Source: Mobula hypostoma
Taxonomy: Eukaryota
Assembly (NCBI RefSeq): GCF_963921235.1
Contig: NC_086108.1
Span: 32,924,001 to 32,988,000 of the forward strand
Length of the DNA: 64,000 bases
Direction of reading: 5' to 3'
Shown: positions 37,541-48,829 of the stretch, in pieces
Layout of the letters: every line of letters starts with the position of its first letter
How positions within the stretch are numbered: position 1 is the first letter of the stretch
Program-made: the position numbers and the translations under genes
Notes under the pieces: model-generated
Seen by the model: the letters and a program-made list of their open reading frames with translations, nothing else
What the model was told of the DNA's origin: nothing
The model's database searches: none

Positions 37541-38740
37541 CTGTTGTTTGTAAAAATGCCACCCCCGTCTCTCAGTTCCTCCATTTTCACTGCATCTACT
37601 CTCAGGATGAGGCTTTTCATTCCAGTACTAATGAGATGTCCTCCTTCTTCAAAGAAAGGGGCTTTCCTTCCTCCAGCATCAATGCTGCCCTCACCCTCAT
37701 CTCTTCCACTTTGTGCATGCCTGCCTTCACACTATCCTGCCGCCACCCTACCAGGGATAGGGCTCCTCTTGTCCTCACCTACTACCCAGTAGGCTCTGCA
37801 TTTAGCACATAAATCTCCATAACTTCTGCCATTTTCAATGGAAACCCACCACCAAGTGATTTTTTCCCCTCACCCCCACTTTCTGCTTTCCGCAGGGATC
37901 ACTCCCTACATGAATCCCTTGTCCATCCATCCCTCCCCACTGATCTCCCTCCTGCCGCTTAACCTAGCAAGTGGAACAAGTGCTACACCTGCCCCTACAC
38001 CTCTTCCCTCACTACCATTCAGGGCCCCAATCAGTCCTTCAAGGTGAAGCGATACTTCACCTGTGAGTTCGTTGGGGTCATATACTGTGTCCAGTGCTCC
38101 CAGTGTGGCTTCCTGTATATCAGTGAGACCCTACACAGATTGGGAGACCGCTTCGCCGAACATCTACACTCTGTCTGGCAGAAAAGGTGAGATCTCTACT
38201 TCCTATTCCCATTCTGCCATGCCAGTCCATGGCCCCCTCTACTGTCGCGACGAAGCCACATTCAGACGGGAGGTGCAATGCGTTATATTCCGCCTGGGTG
38301 GTCACCAAACTGATGGCATGAATATTGATTTCTCAAACTTCCATAATTGCCTCACCCACCCTCACCATTCCTATTCCCCTTACCCTCCCTCACCTCATCT
38401 CCTCACCTGCTCATCACCTCCCTCTGGTGCTCCTCCTCCTTCCCTTTCTTCCATAGTCTTCTACCCCCTCCTATCAGATTCTCCCTTCTCCAACCCTTTA
38501 TCTCTTTCATCTATGAGCTTCCCAGCTCTTTACTTCAACCCTCTCCCTTTTCCAGTCTCACCTATCACCTAACACCTTCCTCCCCTCCCCCCACCTTCTT
38601 GCTCTAACTTCTTATGTTTTTTTCCAGACCTAATGAAGGTTCTCAGCCCAAAACATCGACCGTTTACTCTTTTCCATAGATGCTGCCTGGCCTGCTGAGT
38701 TCTGCTTGGATTTCCAGCATCTGCAGATTTTCTCATCTAA
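37541..38740 (+). mobile_element. 5'-truncated Penelope-like element (RT C-terminus, Cys-rich linker, GIY-YIG endonuclease, terminal repeat)
   Basis: PVSQFL...FFKERGFP...PLVLTY, then KCYTC. The frame from 38041 reads KVKRYFTCEFVGVIYCVQCSQCGFLYISETLHRLGDRFAEHL (GIY-YIG). A pyrimidine-rich 3' region and a degenerate hammerhead (38625-38662) follow. Confidence 0.88.
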
Positions 38741-39309
38741 TCTCTGGAACAATTCCATACATCAAGCAGCATCTATGTTGTAGGATCTTGACCTGAAACC
38801 ACGACAATTCCTTTCCTCTCACAGATACTGCTTGACCCGTTGAGTTCCTCTGGCAGATTGTTTATTCTTTTATAGATTTTCAATACCACTCCTAATATAT
38901 TAGAGTCTGTAACATATAGAAATCATTACCAAATTCGATTTTATGTCCCATACTTGTGCTAAAATATAATTACCTAGAAAATGGAAAGTGTTTGATTTGG
39001 GTGATTAACTTCACAGTGGACCAACAAAAGTTTTGTTTGCTGGCTAGCCGTTCAGAAGTTCAATTGGACATAATTCCCAAAAAGTTAACTCTAATATGTA
39101 GGCTTGCATGAAAGAAGGCTCTTCTTTCATGAGTTCAACATTCGTGGACTAAGCGTTGGAGGAGCTATTTAGGCTGCAGCTTGTCACATGAAGAGGTGGT
39201 GGCTTGATCTAGGGACTGGAGAAGTGTTGGTGGATCAGAAAGCTGATTGGTATGTAGAAAGGGTAAGCTAATATAGGAATAGTGGGATTGTGAGGAATGA
39301 AAGATAGAG

Positions 39310-40103
39310 AGATTGAGGTGCTACATTTTGTTAGGGCTAATCAAAATAGGACATACATGGTAAATGGTAGGGCATTGAGGAATGCAGTAGAACGGAGTGA
39401 TCTAGGAATAATGGTGCGTAATTCCCTGAAGGTGGAATCTGATGTGGATAGGGTGGTGAAGAAAGCTTTTGGTATGCTGGCCTTTATAAATCTGAGCATT
39501 GAGTATAGGAGTTGGGATGTAATGTTGAAATTGTACAAGGCATTGGTGAGGCCAAACTTGGAGTATTGTGTACAGTTTTGGTCACTGAATTATAGGAAAG
39601 ATGTCAACAAAATAGAGAGAGTACAGAGGAGATTTACTAGAATATTACCTGGGTTTCAGCACCTAAGTTACAGAGAAAGGTCGAACAAGTTAGGTCTTTA
39701 TTCCTTGGAGCGCAGAAGGTTGAGGGGGAACTTGATAGAGGTATTTAAAATTATGAGGGGGATAGATATTGACGTGGATAGGCTTTTCCATTGAGAGTAG
39801 GGGAGATTCAAACAAGGGGACATGAGTTGAGAGTTAAGGAGCAAAAGTTTAGGGGTAACACGAGGGGGAACTTCTTTACTCAGAGAGTGGTCGCTGTGTG
39901 GATCGAGCTTCCAGTAGAAGTGGTAGAGGCAGGTTCGATTTTGTCATTTAAAAAAAATTGGATAGGTATATGGACAGGAAAGGAATGGAGGGTTATGGGC
40001 TGAGTGCAGGTAGATGGGACTAGATGAGATTAAGCGCTCGGCATGGACTAGAAGGGCTGAGATGGCCTGTTTCCGTGCTGTAATTGTTATATGGTTATAT
40101 GGT
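39310..40103 (+). mobile_element. CR1 LINE, 5'-truncated, fairly young
   Basis: DVMLKLYKALVRPNLEYCVQFWS...ERRRLRGNLIEVFKI and a (ttatatgg)n tail. Confidence 0.92.
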
Positions 40104-40424
40104 TTATATATAAGAGTTGGAGCTAATTGGAAATTGGGGTGGTTGAAACTTTCTGTAGGCAGAAGGATTGAGGCTAGGAGTGATAGAAGAGTCAGGGTGA
40201 GGGCTGCTTAGAAAATGAAGGCAATGCTTGGTTGACAGGGATCAATGATAAGACAGGTGCTTACAGAATGGGCAGAGTTCTTTTGATCATGATAGTGCCA
40301 CAAAGGCCTGCTTGTGCATGAATGGTCCAAAGCTAAAAGGCCCACACCTATGATGACAGCACTCCGGCAGGCTTTTGGCACTAGTGTACATGCCCAGGTT
40401 GCTCTGCAAAACCATGAGTCAGAC

Positions 40425-41392
40425 AACAGAAGACCAGAAGACATAGGAGTAGAATTAGGCTATTTGGCCCATTGAGTCTGTTCTACCATTCAATCAGAGC
40501 TGATTATTTTTTCCCCTCCTCAACCTCACTCCCCTGCCTTCTCCCTGTAACCTTTGATGCCGTGTCCAATCAAGATCCTATCAAGCTCCACCTTTTTCCC
40601 CTCTCAGCTGCCTGTGGTAATAAATTCCACAGGATCATCACCCTCTGACTAAAGAAATTTTCTCTGCATCTCGGTTTTAAATGGATGCCCCTTTATCCTG
40701 AGGCTGTGCCCTCTTGTTCAAGACTCTCCCAACTTGGGAAACATCTTTTCCACATCTACTCTGTCTAGGCCTTTCAATATTCAAAAGGTTTCAGTGAGAT
40801 CCCCCCCGCCCCCATTCCAGCGAGTACAGACCCAAAACTATTAAACATTCCTTATATGATAACCCCTTCATTCCCAGAACCATCCTTGCGAACCTCCTCT
40901 GGATATTCTCCAATGCCAGCTCATCTGTTCTTAGATGAGGAGCCCAAAACTGTCACAATAGTCAAGGTGAGGCCTCACCAGTGCCTTATACAGCCTCAGC
41001 ATCACATTCTTGCTTTTGTATTCTAGACCTCTTGAAATGAATTTGTCTTCCTCACCACCCACTCAACCTGCAAGTTAACCTTCAGGGTGTTCTGCACAAT
41101 GACTCTCAAGTCCCTTTGCATCTCAGATTTTTGGATTTTCTCCCCCTTTAGAAAATAGTCTGCACATTTATTTCTTTTACAAAAGTGCATGACCATGGAT
41201 TTTCCAACATTGTATTTCATTTGCCATTTTCTTGCCCATTCTCCTAATCTGTCTAAGCCCTTCTGTAGCCTTCCTGTTTCTTCAACACTAGCTGCCCCTC
41301 CACCAATCTTTGTATTATCTGCAAACTTGGCAACAAAGCCATCTATTCCATCATCTAAACCATTGATATACAGCATAAAAAGAAACAGTCCC
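40425..41392 (-). mobile_element. CR1 LINE, antisense
   Basis: LYINGLDDGIDGFVAKFADNTKIGG...WARKWQMKYN on the minus strand, with the tail at ~40425-40445. Confidence 0.9.
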
Positions 41393-41809
41393 TAGAGGAA
41401 GACCCAGATGGAAAATCACAATCTTTGTGAAATTTATTATGCGTCCTTATTATGTTTCAGTTTTCATTGAAATTGAAGGCATGATAAGCAAAATAGTGAT
41501 GTTAAATCACTGATTTTTAGACAACTATTTTAACAAACCGACCACTGGAGAAGCTGTGATTGCTTTTGTGAGAATTTACAATACAGTCACATGTAATGTA
41601 GCAGCAAATGTTTAATACTGTTTTTTTTGAAATACATTCATTCGTGAGTTCAGATGCATGAAACTTCTTTAATAGCATTCCCCTCTGACCTGCACACTCA
41701 GCTGACAAAGATTGATTTAAACATTGATGGTGCAGCTTGCTGAAACAGGATCTTTCCCCTTCACATTCAGACCAGTAACGATGCTCTGTTAAAACCAAAG
41801 TTCATCGCA

Positions 41810-43670
41810 AGGACTTTCAGTACGTATTTCCTTGAAAGTGGCAACACAGGTAAACAGGACAGTGAAGAAGGTGTATGGTAAACTTGTTTTCAATGACCGA
41901 GGCACTGAGTGCAGTGGTTAGGACGTCACGTTGTATTTATTCAAAACATTGATTAATTCAATTCAATTGTCATAGAAACATTTCGAATGTTGAAAGGCAT
42001 GGCCAGACTGGATGTGGCAAAGTTGTTTCCCATGGTGGGGGAGTCTAGTACGAGAGGGCATGACTTAAGGATTGAAGGCTGCCCATTCAGAACAGAGATG
42101 CGAAGAAATTTTTTAGCCAGAGGGCAGTGAATCCGTGGAATTTGTTGCCAGGTGCGGCAGAGGAGGTGCATTTAAGGCAGAGATTGATGGGTATCTCAGT
42201 AGCCAGGGCATTAAAGGTTATGGTGAGAAGGCGGGGGAGTGGGACTAAATGGGAGAATGGATCAGCTCATGATAAAATGGCAGAGCAGACTCGATGGGCC
42301 GAATGGCCGACTTCTGCTCCTTTGTCTTATGGTCTTATGGTCTTATGGTCTTAATCATATACGAATACTCGTGAATACAGCCAAACACAGACAACATTAC
42401 TACGGGGTCAAGGTGCAAATACACATTACCAACAGTCACACATAGTAAGCGCACACATCTCCCCCGCCTCTCCTCCCCCGCCCCCGCGACATCGTGTCTT
42501 GATGCCCAGCCCTCACACATACAAGTCAACAAACCCATATGGAGTATCAGTAAAATACAACAATGCAAAATATGCATGTATTTAGTTCAGACCCCCCAGC
42601 CCACTGGTATCATCTGTCAACTGGCCCCAATGCCCACTAGGCGACATCATGGCATTGAGGCCCAGTCCTCACACATATAGAATGTTAGTAAAAATACAAC
42701 CAGACAATTATATATGTACATAGTCCAGACCCCGCAGTCCATTTGAAATCTGCAGTCACCAAAACTGTGGTACGTTGCCCCTGGTAGAGCGCGTCTGCTC
42801 GGATGTCTCTTCCCCCGATGGCTGAAAAACAAGGTTGAGGCCCCGAGGTCATAGAGTGCAGCCAAAAAAAAATCATCAGTCAGCCACAGCAGAGCTTGTC
42901 TTCTGCTGAACGAAACCCTGGAAGAGCAGTGACGCTGCTCCCCATTGTCCCAATGAAGTGCCAATGGCTTCGTCCCCTCACTTCAGGCAGCAATAGGGCT
43001 TCAGGCCTAGTCTTCACTACAAGCAAGGCCAGTAGCTCCCCCTCCATTCGCTCTGCTCTCATCCAATAAATCAGCAAATTGAATGCAGCGTTCCAGATTA
43101 ACAATGTCCAAGGATGCCTTGCATCTTTGAAAAGCCATGAAAAGCTACATTTGGAGTATTGTGTGCATTTCTGGCTACCACACCACAGGAAAGATGTGAT
43201 TAAGATGGAGAGGGCGCAGAAAAGATTCCAAGGATTCCAAGGTCCTCCCTGTTTGGAGGACTTGAATTATAAGGAGAGATTGGATAGGCTGTGACAGTTT
43301 TCCTTTAAAGAAGATTGAGAGATGAAATCATAGAGCTACATAAAATATGTGTATATAGGCAGAGAAACAATAAAGAGTCAGTGTCTATTTTCCATGGTAA
43401 GGGTGTCTGAAACTAATGGGCATAGGTTTGAGGTGAGAGGGAGGAAGTTTAAAGAGATCTGAGGGGTAAATTTTACACATGAAGAGTAATTGGTATTTTG
43501 AATGATCTGCTAGAGGCAGAAACAGCGACAATATTTAAAAGGCATCTGTCTAGACACTTTAATGAGAAGGGCATAGTGGGATATAGAACTAATGCCGCCA
43601 AGTAGGACTAGTACAAATAGGCATGATGGTCAGTGTATATGTGGCGGACTGGCCCCACCGGGCCATGTCA
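41810..43670 (+). mobile_element. Three-level nest: old CR1 (41810-41950 and 43140-43670), containing an antisense unclassified element (41951-43135), containing a young CR1 3' end (41973-42352)
   Basis: The host CR1 reads DVTLYLFKTL before the insert and LHLEYCVHFW after it. The inner CR1 ends in (tcttatgg)3, and an (attca)n tail sits at 41951-41970. Confidence 0.7.
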
Positions 43671-43699
43671 TCTTCTCTGAGCTACCTTTGGGCAGGATG

Positions 43700-44250
43700 A
43701 GGTTCCACACAGCCTAGTTCAACGACAGCTGCTTCTCTTCAGCCATTTGGTTTTTGAACCGAACCTGCTCACTGCCCCAGTACAGCAACATTTTGACTAC
43801 TTTGAGCACTTTGTTGTATTTTCAATTCTAATTGTGTTCTTTCTTGTATAATTTTTTGTATAATTTATGTAATATAATGCAATAAACATATACAACAGTT
43901 CATCTCTGTGTGACAGGAGAACACACATCATAGTACAATAGTCTCTGTTTTATTATTTTGTAAATTATTATTGCAAATTATTGCACATTTGATCATTATT
44001 ATTATAGTGTATATTAATATTCTGTACTTTATATTAGTTAAGTCTGCACACAGCTAAGTGTGTTTTTAAATGTTGCTGCAGTAACAAAAGAATTTCTCAC
44101 TCGGGATCAATAAAGCATTTATTATTATTACAACTTATGTTTGACTTGTGAACGCTGTGTATCAGATGTTATGTGCCTATGATGTTGCAGCAAATAGGTT
44201 TTTCATTGCACCTGTGCATACAAGTATTTGTCCATGTCAGTAAACTCAAC
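43700..44250 (+). mobile_element. Nested Rex1-like 3'UTR remnants
   Basis: FNDSCFSSAIWFLN-like C-terminus at ~43720 and an inner tail gggatcaataaagcatttattattatta at ~44103-44130. Confidence 0.5.
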
Positions 44251-44559
44251 TGACTGTTTCCAGGCTAACTCTCTGAGTCTGTGACTTTATTGCATTTTTC
44301 TGTTTCCCACGTTCCAACATTTATCTTGGAACCAGCTCGTCATTTCACTTCTATCACATTCTGTTCAGTTGGTAGAATGACAATTGTCACACCTGGGCCC
44401 TCTAATGATATTTTGCAATTACTGCTTTTGTTTTGAGGATTAAATGTAGGTTTCTATATGGCCTAGGGATTTATCAGCACTGACCCTGCTGCCCTGTTGG
44501 AATTTTACTGGAATTATGCAGAAATCCCGTTCATACATGTTAACGGTGTACAGTACTCA

Positions 44560-45231
44560 TCTCACCCTCTCCTGTTCCTGGGACTGAACATCACCGATAG
44601 CCTGTCTTGGTCCAAACATGTTGATGTCACGACCAAGAAAGACCAAGAAGTATCTCAACTTTCTGAAGAGGCCAAATAAATTTAACATGTCCCAGTTGAT
44701 ACTTACCAATTTTTATCGATGCGCCATAGAAAACATTTTGTCTGGATGCATAACGGCTTGGTATGGCAACTGCCCTGCACACAACCACAAGGAAGTGCAG
44801 ATGGTTGTGAATTTGCCTCAGCATGTCACAGGAACCAAACCAGCCTCCCCTCCATGGACTCTGTACTCCTCACTCCCTCAGTAAAAGACCCTATCCACCA
44901 TCAACATTTTTTCTTCACCCCTCTCCCATTGGGTAGAAGATACAAAATCCTGAAAGCACGTACCACCAAGCTCATGGACAGCTCCTACCCCACTCTTATC
45001 AATCTCTGGAAAACAGCTTTTGTACTCACAACCTACATTATTATAATGTTGTACTTTATTGTTTACCTTTATTGCACTTTTTTGGTAGCTTTTACATTTT
45101 ATTTTTCATTGTTATTGTTTTACCATATTCTAGCTCAATGCACTGTATAATGATTTGACCTGTATAAACAGTATGCAAGACGTGTTCCACCGTATCTTTG
45201 TACATGTGATAATAATATACCATACCAATAT
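44560..45231 (+). mobile_element. Rex1/Babar 3' portion
   Basis: FLGLNITDSLSWSKH; LTNFYRCAIENILSGCITAWYG; PLPLGRRYKILKARTTKLMDSSYP; accaat-type tail. Confidence 0.85.
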
Positions 45232-45488
45232 GGATAACTCTGCCATGGATGGTCCCTAGCCTGGCTGCGAAAGGAGGAGGGTTGGGCATTGGGCTAGCAA
45301 CCCCATTCTGTCAAAACTCAAAGCTACAAAAACAGCAACAGAAGTCCAACGATCACATCCCTGGGGAAGGAAGGATCTTTGATGGGTTACACTTTGAAAG
45401 ACTGAAAGACTGGCCCTGTACAGAGGACTGGCAAGCTGCTGTTGGTGGCCTACGTCCTAGTAGAGGTGATGGACTTAAGAAGAAGACG
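45232..45488 (+). mobile_element. RTE-derived short non-autonomous retroelement with a 5' twister-like ribozyme
   Basis: Probable TSD accataccaatat (45219-45231) / accaataccaatgt (45489-45502). The 3' part encodes an RTE-like C-terminus WQAAVGGLRPSRGDGL followed by an (aag)n tail. Confidence 0.75.
45235..45287 (+). ncRNA. Twister (P1-type) ribozyme-like motif
   Basis: UAA-CUC-UGCC-AUGG-AUGG-UCCCUAGC-CUGG-CUGCGAAAG-GAG-GAGGG-UUGGGC follows the order of conserved twister blocks (UAA, P2, GC/GC pseudoknot, UCCC/GGG pseudoknot, GAGGG). P4 is weak and the 5' strand of P1 is absent. Confidence 0.7.
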
Positions 45489-46619
45489 ACCAATACCAAT
45501 GTAAAAGTGATAGACTTATGCCTGAAGTTGTTGTTAAATCCTTTGCACATGTTGAACCCCTTTGCGATGTTCAGAAAAACAAAATGCATGGGGTGCCACT
45601 CAGAAACAAGTTTCAGCAACCCTTGAAGAGATCACCGCGTGTTTTTAAAAAAATATTCACTCAGGAGCTGCACTTAGTTGATCGTTCCAAGTTGTCACTG
45701 AGAAGGAGGCGTTGAGTTGCCTTCTGGAATTGAGGTTTCAGAGAGGAAGTTCCAGAATTTTGACCCACTTATTGTATTACCCAAAAATTTCTCAGTCAGT
45801 ACTCTCTGCATTCCAACAATCTTCTGTACATGATGTGTTGCTGTCTCATAAATGTATGTGCTTCAGAAGATTTACATTTTTGTTACATTGGAAGTAAAAT
45901 AAGTCTCAGCTAATTTATGCTTTATCTGCTGAGAGCATTAAATTTTGTGAACTATGGCTATTTTACTAACTACATTGAGTAGATGCAAATCAGAATGTCG
46001 CTCGACTTTGCTGAGTCTGGGGAAAAACTAATATTTATTTTAAATTGCACACACACTGTGAATTCTAATGCTTTTCTGAAATTCATTGCTTCTTCCTCTA
46101 TTCCCGATGTAAACAATATCGTCAATCTTAGTGAATGGAAGGAAACAAACAGCAACAAGTCTACGACAGGAAGGGGCTTTTGCAGCCACCACAGAGCTCG
46201 CTCACTCACTCGTTCACAAGTTCAGAGATTTCTCTTCTTGCACTTGTAGATTGCACAAAGGGCACGCACACAGTTCAAAAACCTGCTTAGAAAGATAAGA
46301 TTCGCTAATTAGCTTCAGTTCATAGCTCAACAATTCACAAAGCTAACTTATCAGAATTAATTCTAGGATGCACCTAGAGTGGCCACCAATAAGGGTTTGT
46401 TTGTAACTATGTCAATACTTCTCTTGCTACTGACAACTGCAACTTTGGTAGCTTCAGTTCTGTTGCCACGAAAATCCTGTTCTGTTCTGCAGGTGGTCTT
46501 ATTTCTCATTTCTATGTAAGTACTGGTATCGTTCAACTTTTCTAATCAAGGGAAAATATGGTTTTAAGCTCATGCTTTGAAAGATGCATGACTATTAGAA
46601 TAGTATGCTATACAGTATA

Positions 46620-47173
46620 TACATTTAGTGGCCACATTATTAGATACTTTCTGCACCTAATAAATTGACCACTGAATATATTTTTGTGGTTTCTGTTGCT
46701 GTAGCCCATCCATTTCAACGTTTGACATGTTGTGCATTCAGAGATGCTCTTCTGCACACCATTGCAGTAGCACATGGTTATTTGAGTTGCGGCTGCCTTC
46801 CTGTCAGCTTCAACCAGTTTGCCGTTCTCCTCTGAGAAGGCACTATTGCCCAGAGAACTGCTGCTCATTGGATTTTTTCTTGTTTTTCTTGCACCATTCT
46901 CTGTAAACTCGAGAGTCTGTTATGCATGAAAATCCCAGGAGATCAGTAGATTCTGAAATACTCAATCCACTCCATCTGGCACCAACAATCATTCCAACCG
47001 TCAGGGTCATTTAGATCGCATTTCTTCCCCACTCTGATGCTTGTTCTAAACAACAGCTGAACTTATTGGCCATGTTTGCATGCTTCTCTGCAATGAGCTG
47101 CTGCCACATGATTGGCTGATTAGATATTTGCATTAACTAACAGGTATACCTAATAAAATAGTCACTGAGTGTA
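46620..47173 (-). mobile_element. Non-autonomous Tc1-like DNA transposon, copy 3
   Basis: TIRs at both ends and a transposase remnant LVEADRKAAATQIT...QKSISECTTCQTLKWMGYS. Homologous to copies 1 and 2. Confidence 0.82.
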
Positions 47174-48829
47174 GAGTGAGCTCGGTTTAAATAAAAGCTA
47201 CACCTTATAACTCTCAAAAGGTAGAAAGAAAGAGATATGAGCATTGATTATTTGACTCCTGACCTTGTTTGACTTATGCCTTAAAACCTTTGAAAACAGA
47301 TATTTCCAGTAAGCTTCACTATCAGTAAATCTGAAAATGATGTTCAATTTTACTGACAAAAAGTTCAGGAGCCGGATGCATCATGAAAGATGACAAGTGG
47401 AAATTCATACTGTAACATCAAAGAAAAAGAATTCTGCTGTAAATAGGTCCTTGTGGAATACTTCTAAGGTATGTGAACTATTGCAGTGTGGAGTGGTAAG
47501 ATCTATGTGACCAAGGACATTGCAACTCTTACATTCCAGAATCATGCAGCCTTCAGCACTAATGAAAAACCTTTGCAACTTCTACATTCAATTTGTAAGT
47601 TCTTTTTCAAGATTAGACACGTTTTAGGAATAAGCTTTGTTTTATAGGTAGTCACCCTGAAATCTGAGTAGTAACTATAATGTTACATTGTGGGATCCAA
47701 ATAATATGATAAAATATAATGTAAACCCAATATAATGAAATAGTGCATAACTTATGCCACAAATGACCATGTAGATTAGAAAATGTAAAAAAAGTGAGAG
47801 AAATCATTTTTCATCGCATTTGCTGCCACAACATTAATCAACAATGAAATGGGTAATAAATACCTCAGAAGTGTTTGTGCAAATATAAATAATGTAATGA
47901 GTTCTATTCTAAGATGAGACTACCAGCATAGCTACATTTACCGTGTGATTCAATAAATTGTCATAACAATAACTTTCATTTTGTTAAGTGAAGCTGAATA
48001 TCTCAAAGAGCTTTGCAGGAGAGCTACCCTCAAAAATTGACACCTATTGCACAAAGATATTCAGATACAGCAGAAGATAGGACACTTGGTCAAAATAGCA
48101 TCTTTAAGCAGGTAAGGGAAGTGGGAATGTCGAGATAGGAAATCCCAGAGCGGGTTTAGGTAGCTGAAGGAATGGCTGCCATTAGTGGAGAGAGTAAATT
48201 CAGGGATGATCAAGACACCAAAATAGAGAACCATATATTACCTTGGAAGGTTGTGAGGTTGGACAAGGTGACAGAGATGTGAAGGCATTCTAAAAACTTG
48301 ATGTCTTAAAAGCGAGGCTTTATTAAACCTGAAACCTGATAATGCATTAGTGACGGAAGGCCACTCTGTCCCTTGGGTACATAGCACCATTTGATAATAT
48401 TGCAACTTAAGTATGCATTTCCAGCTACCCTCAGTAACTATTCATACCCTTGCTTTCATGAATCTATCTTCCTCTAATTTAACAACAATCAGAGACTCTG
48501 TTTCCATCTCCTTTTGAGGAACAGAGTCACAAGGACTTCAGACCATCTTGAAAAAAAAAAGGCATCGTCTGTCTTTAAATGGTGACCACTTATTTTTAAG
48601 AAGTGACCACTCTCTCTAGGTAATCTCATATGAGGAACCATCTTATCCATATCTTGCTTTCAACACTCCTCGGGTTCTGATATATTACATGATATGATTT
48701 GTGAAAGTTAGGTCACAGGCTGCAGATCATGGATGATCCTTGGACTATGGAGCTTGGAACAGGCAGATCTAGTGGTTACAAGTATATGCATAGGCTGAAG
48801 GTTAGAACTAATACCAGTGCATTAGGAAT

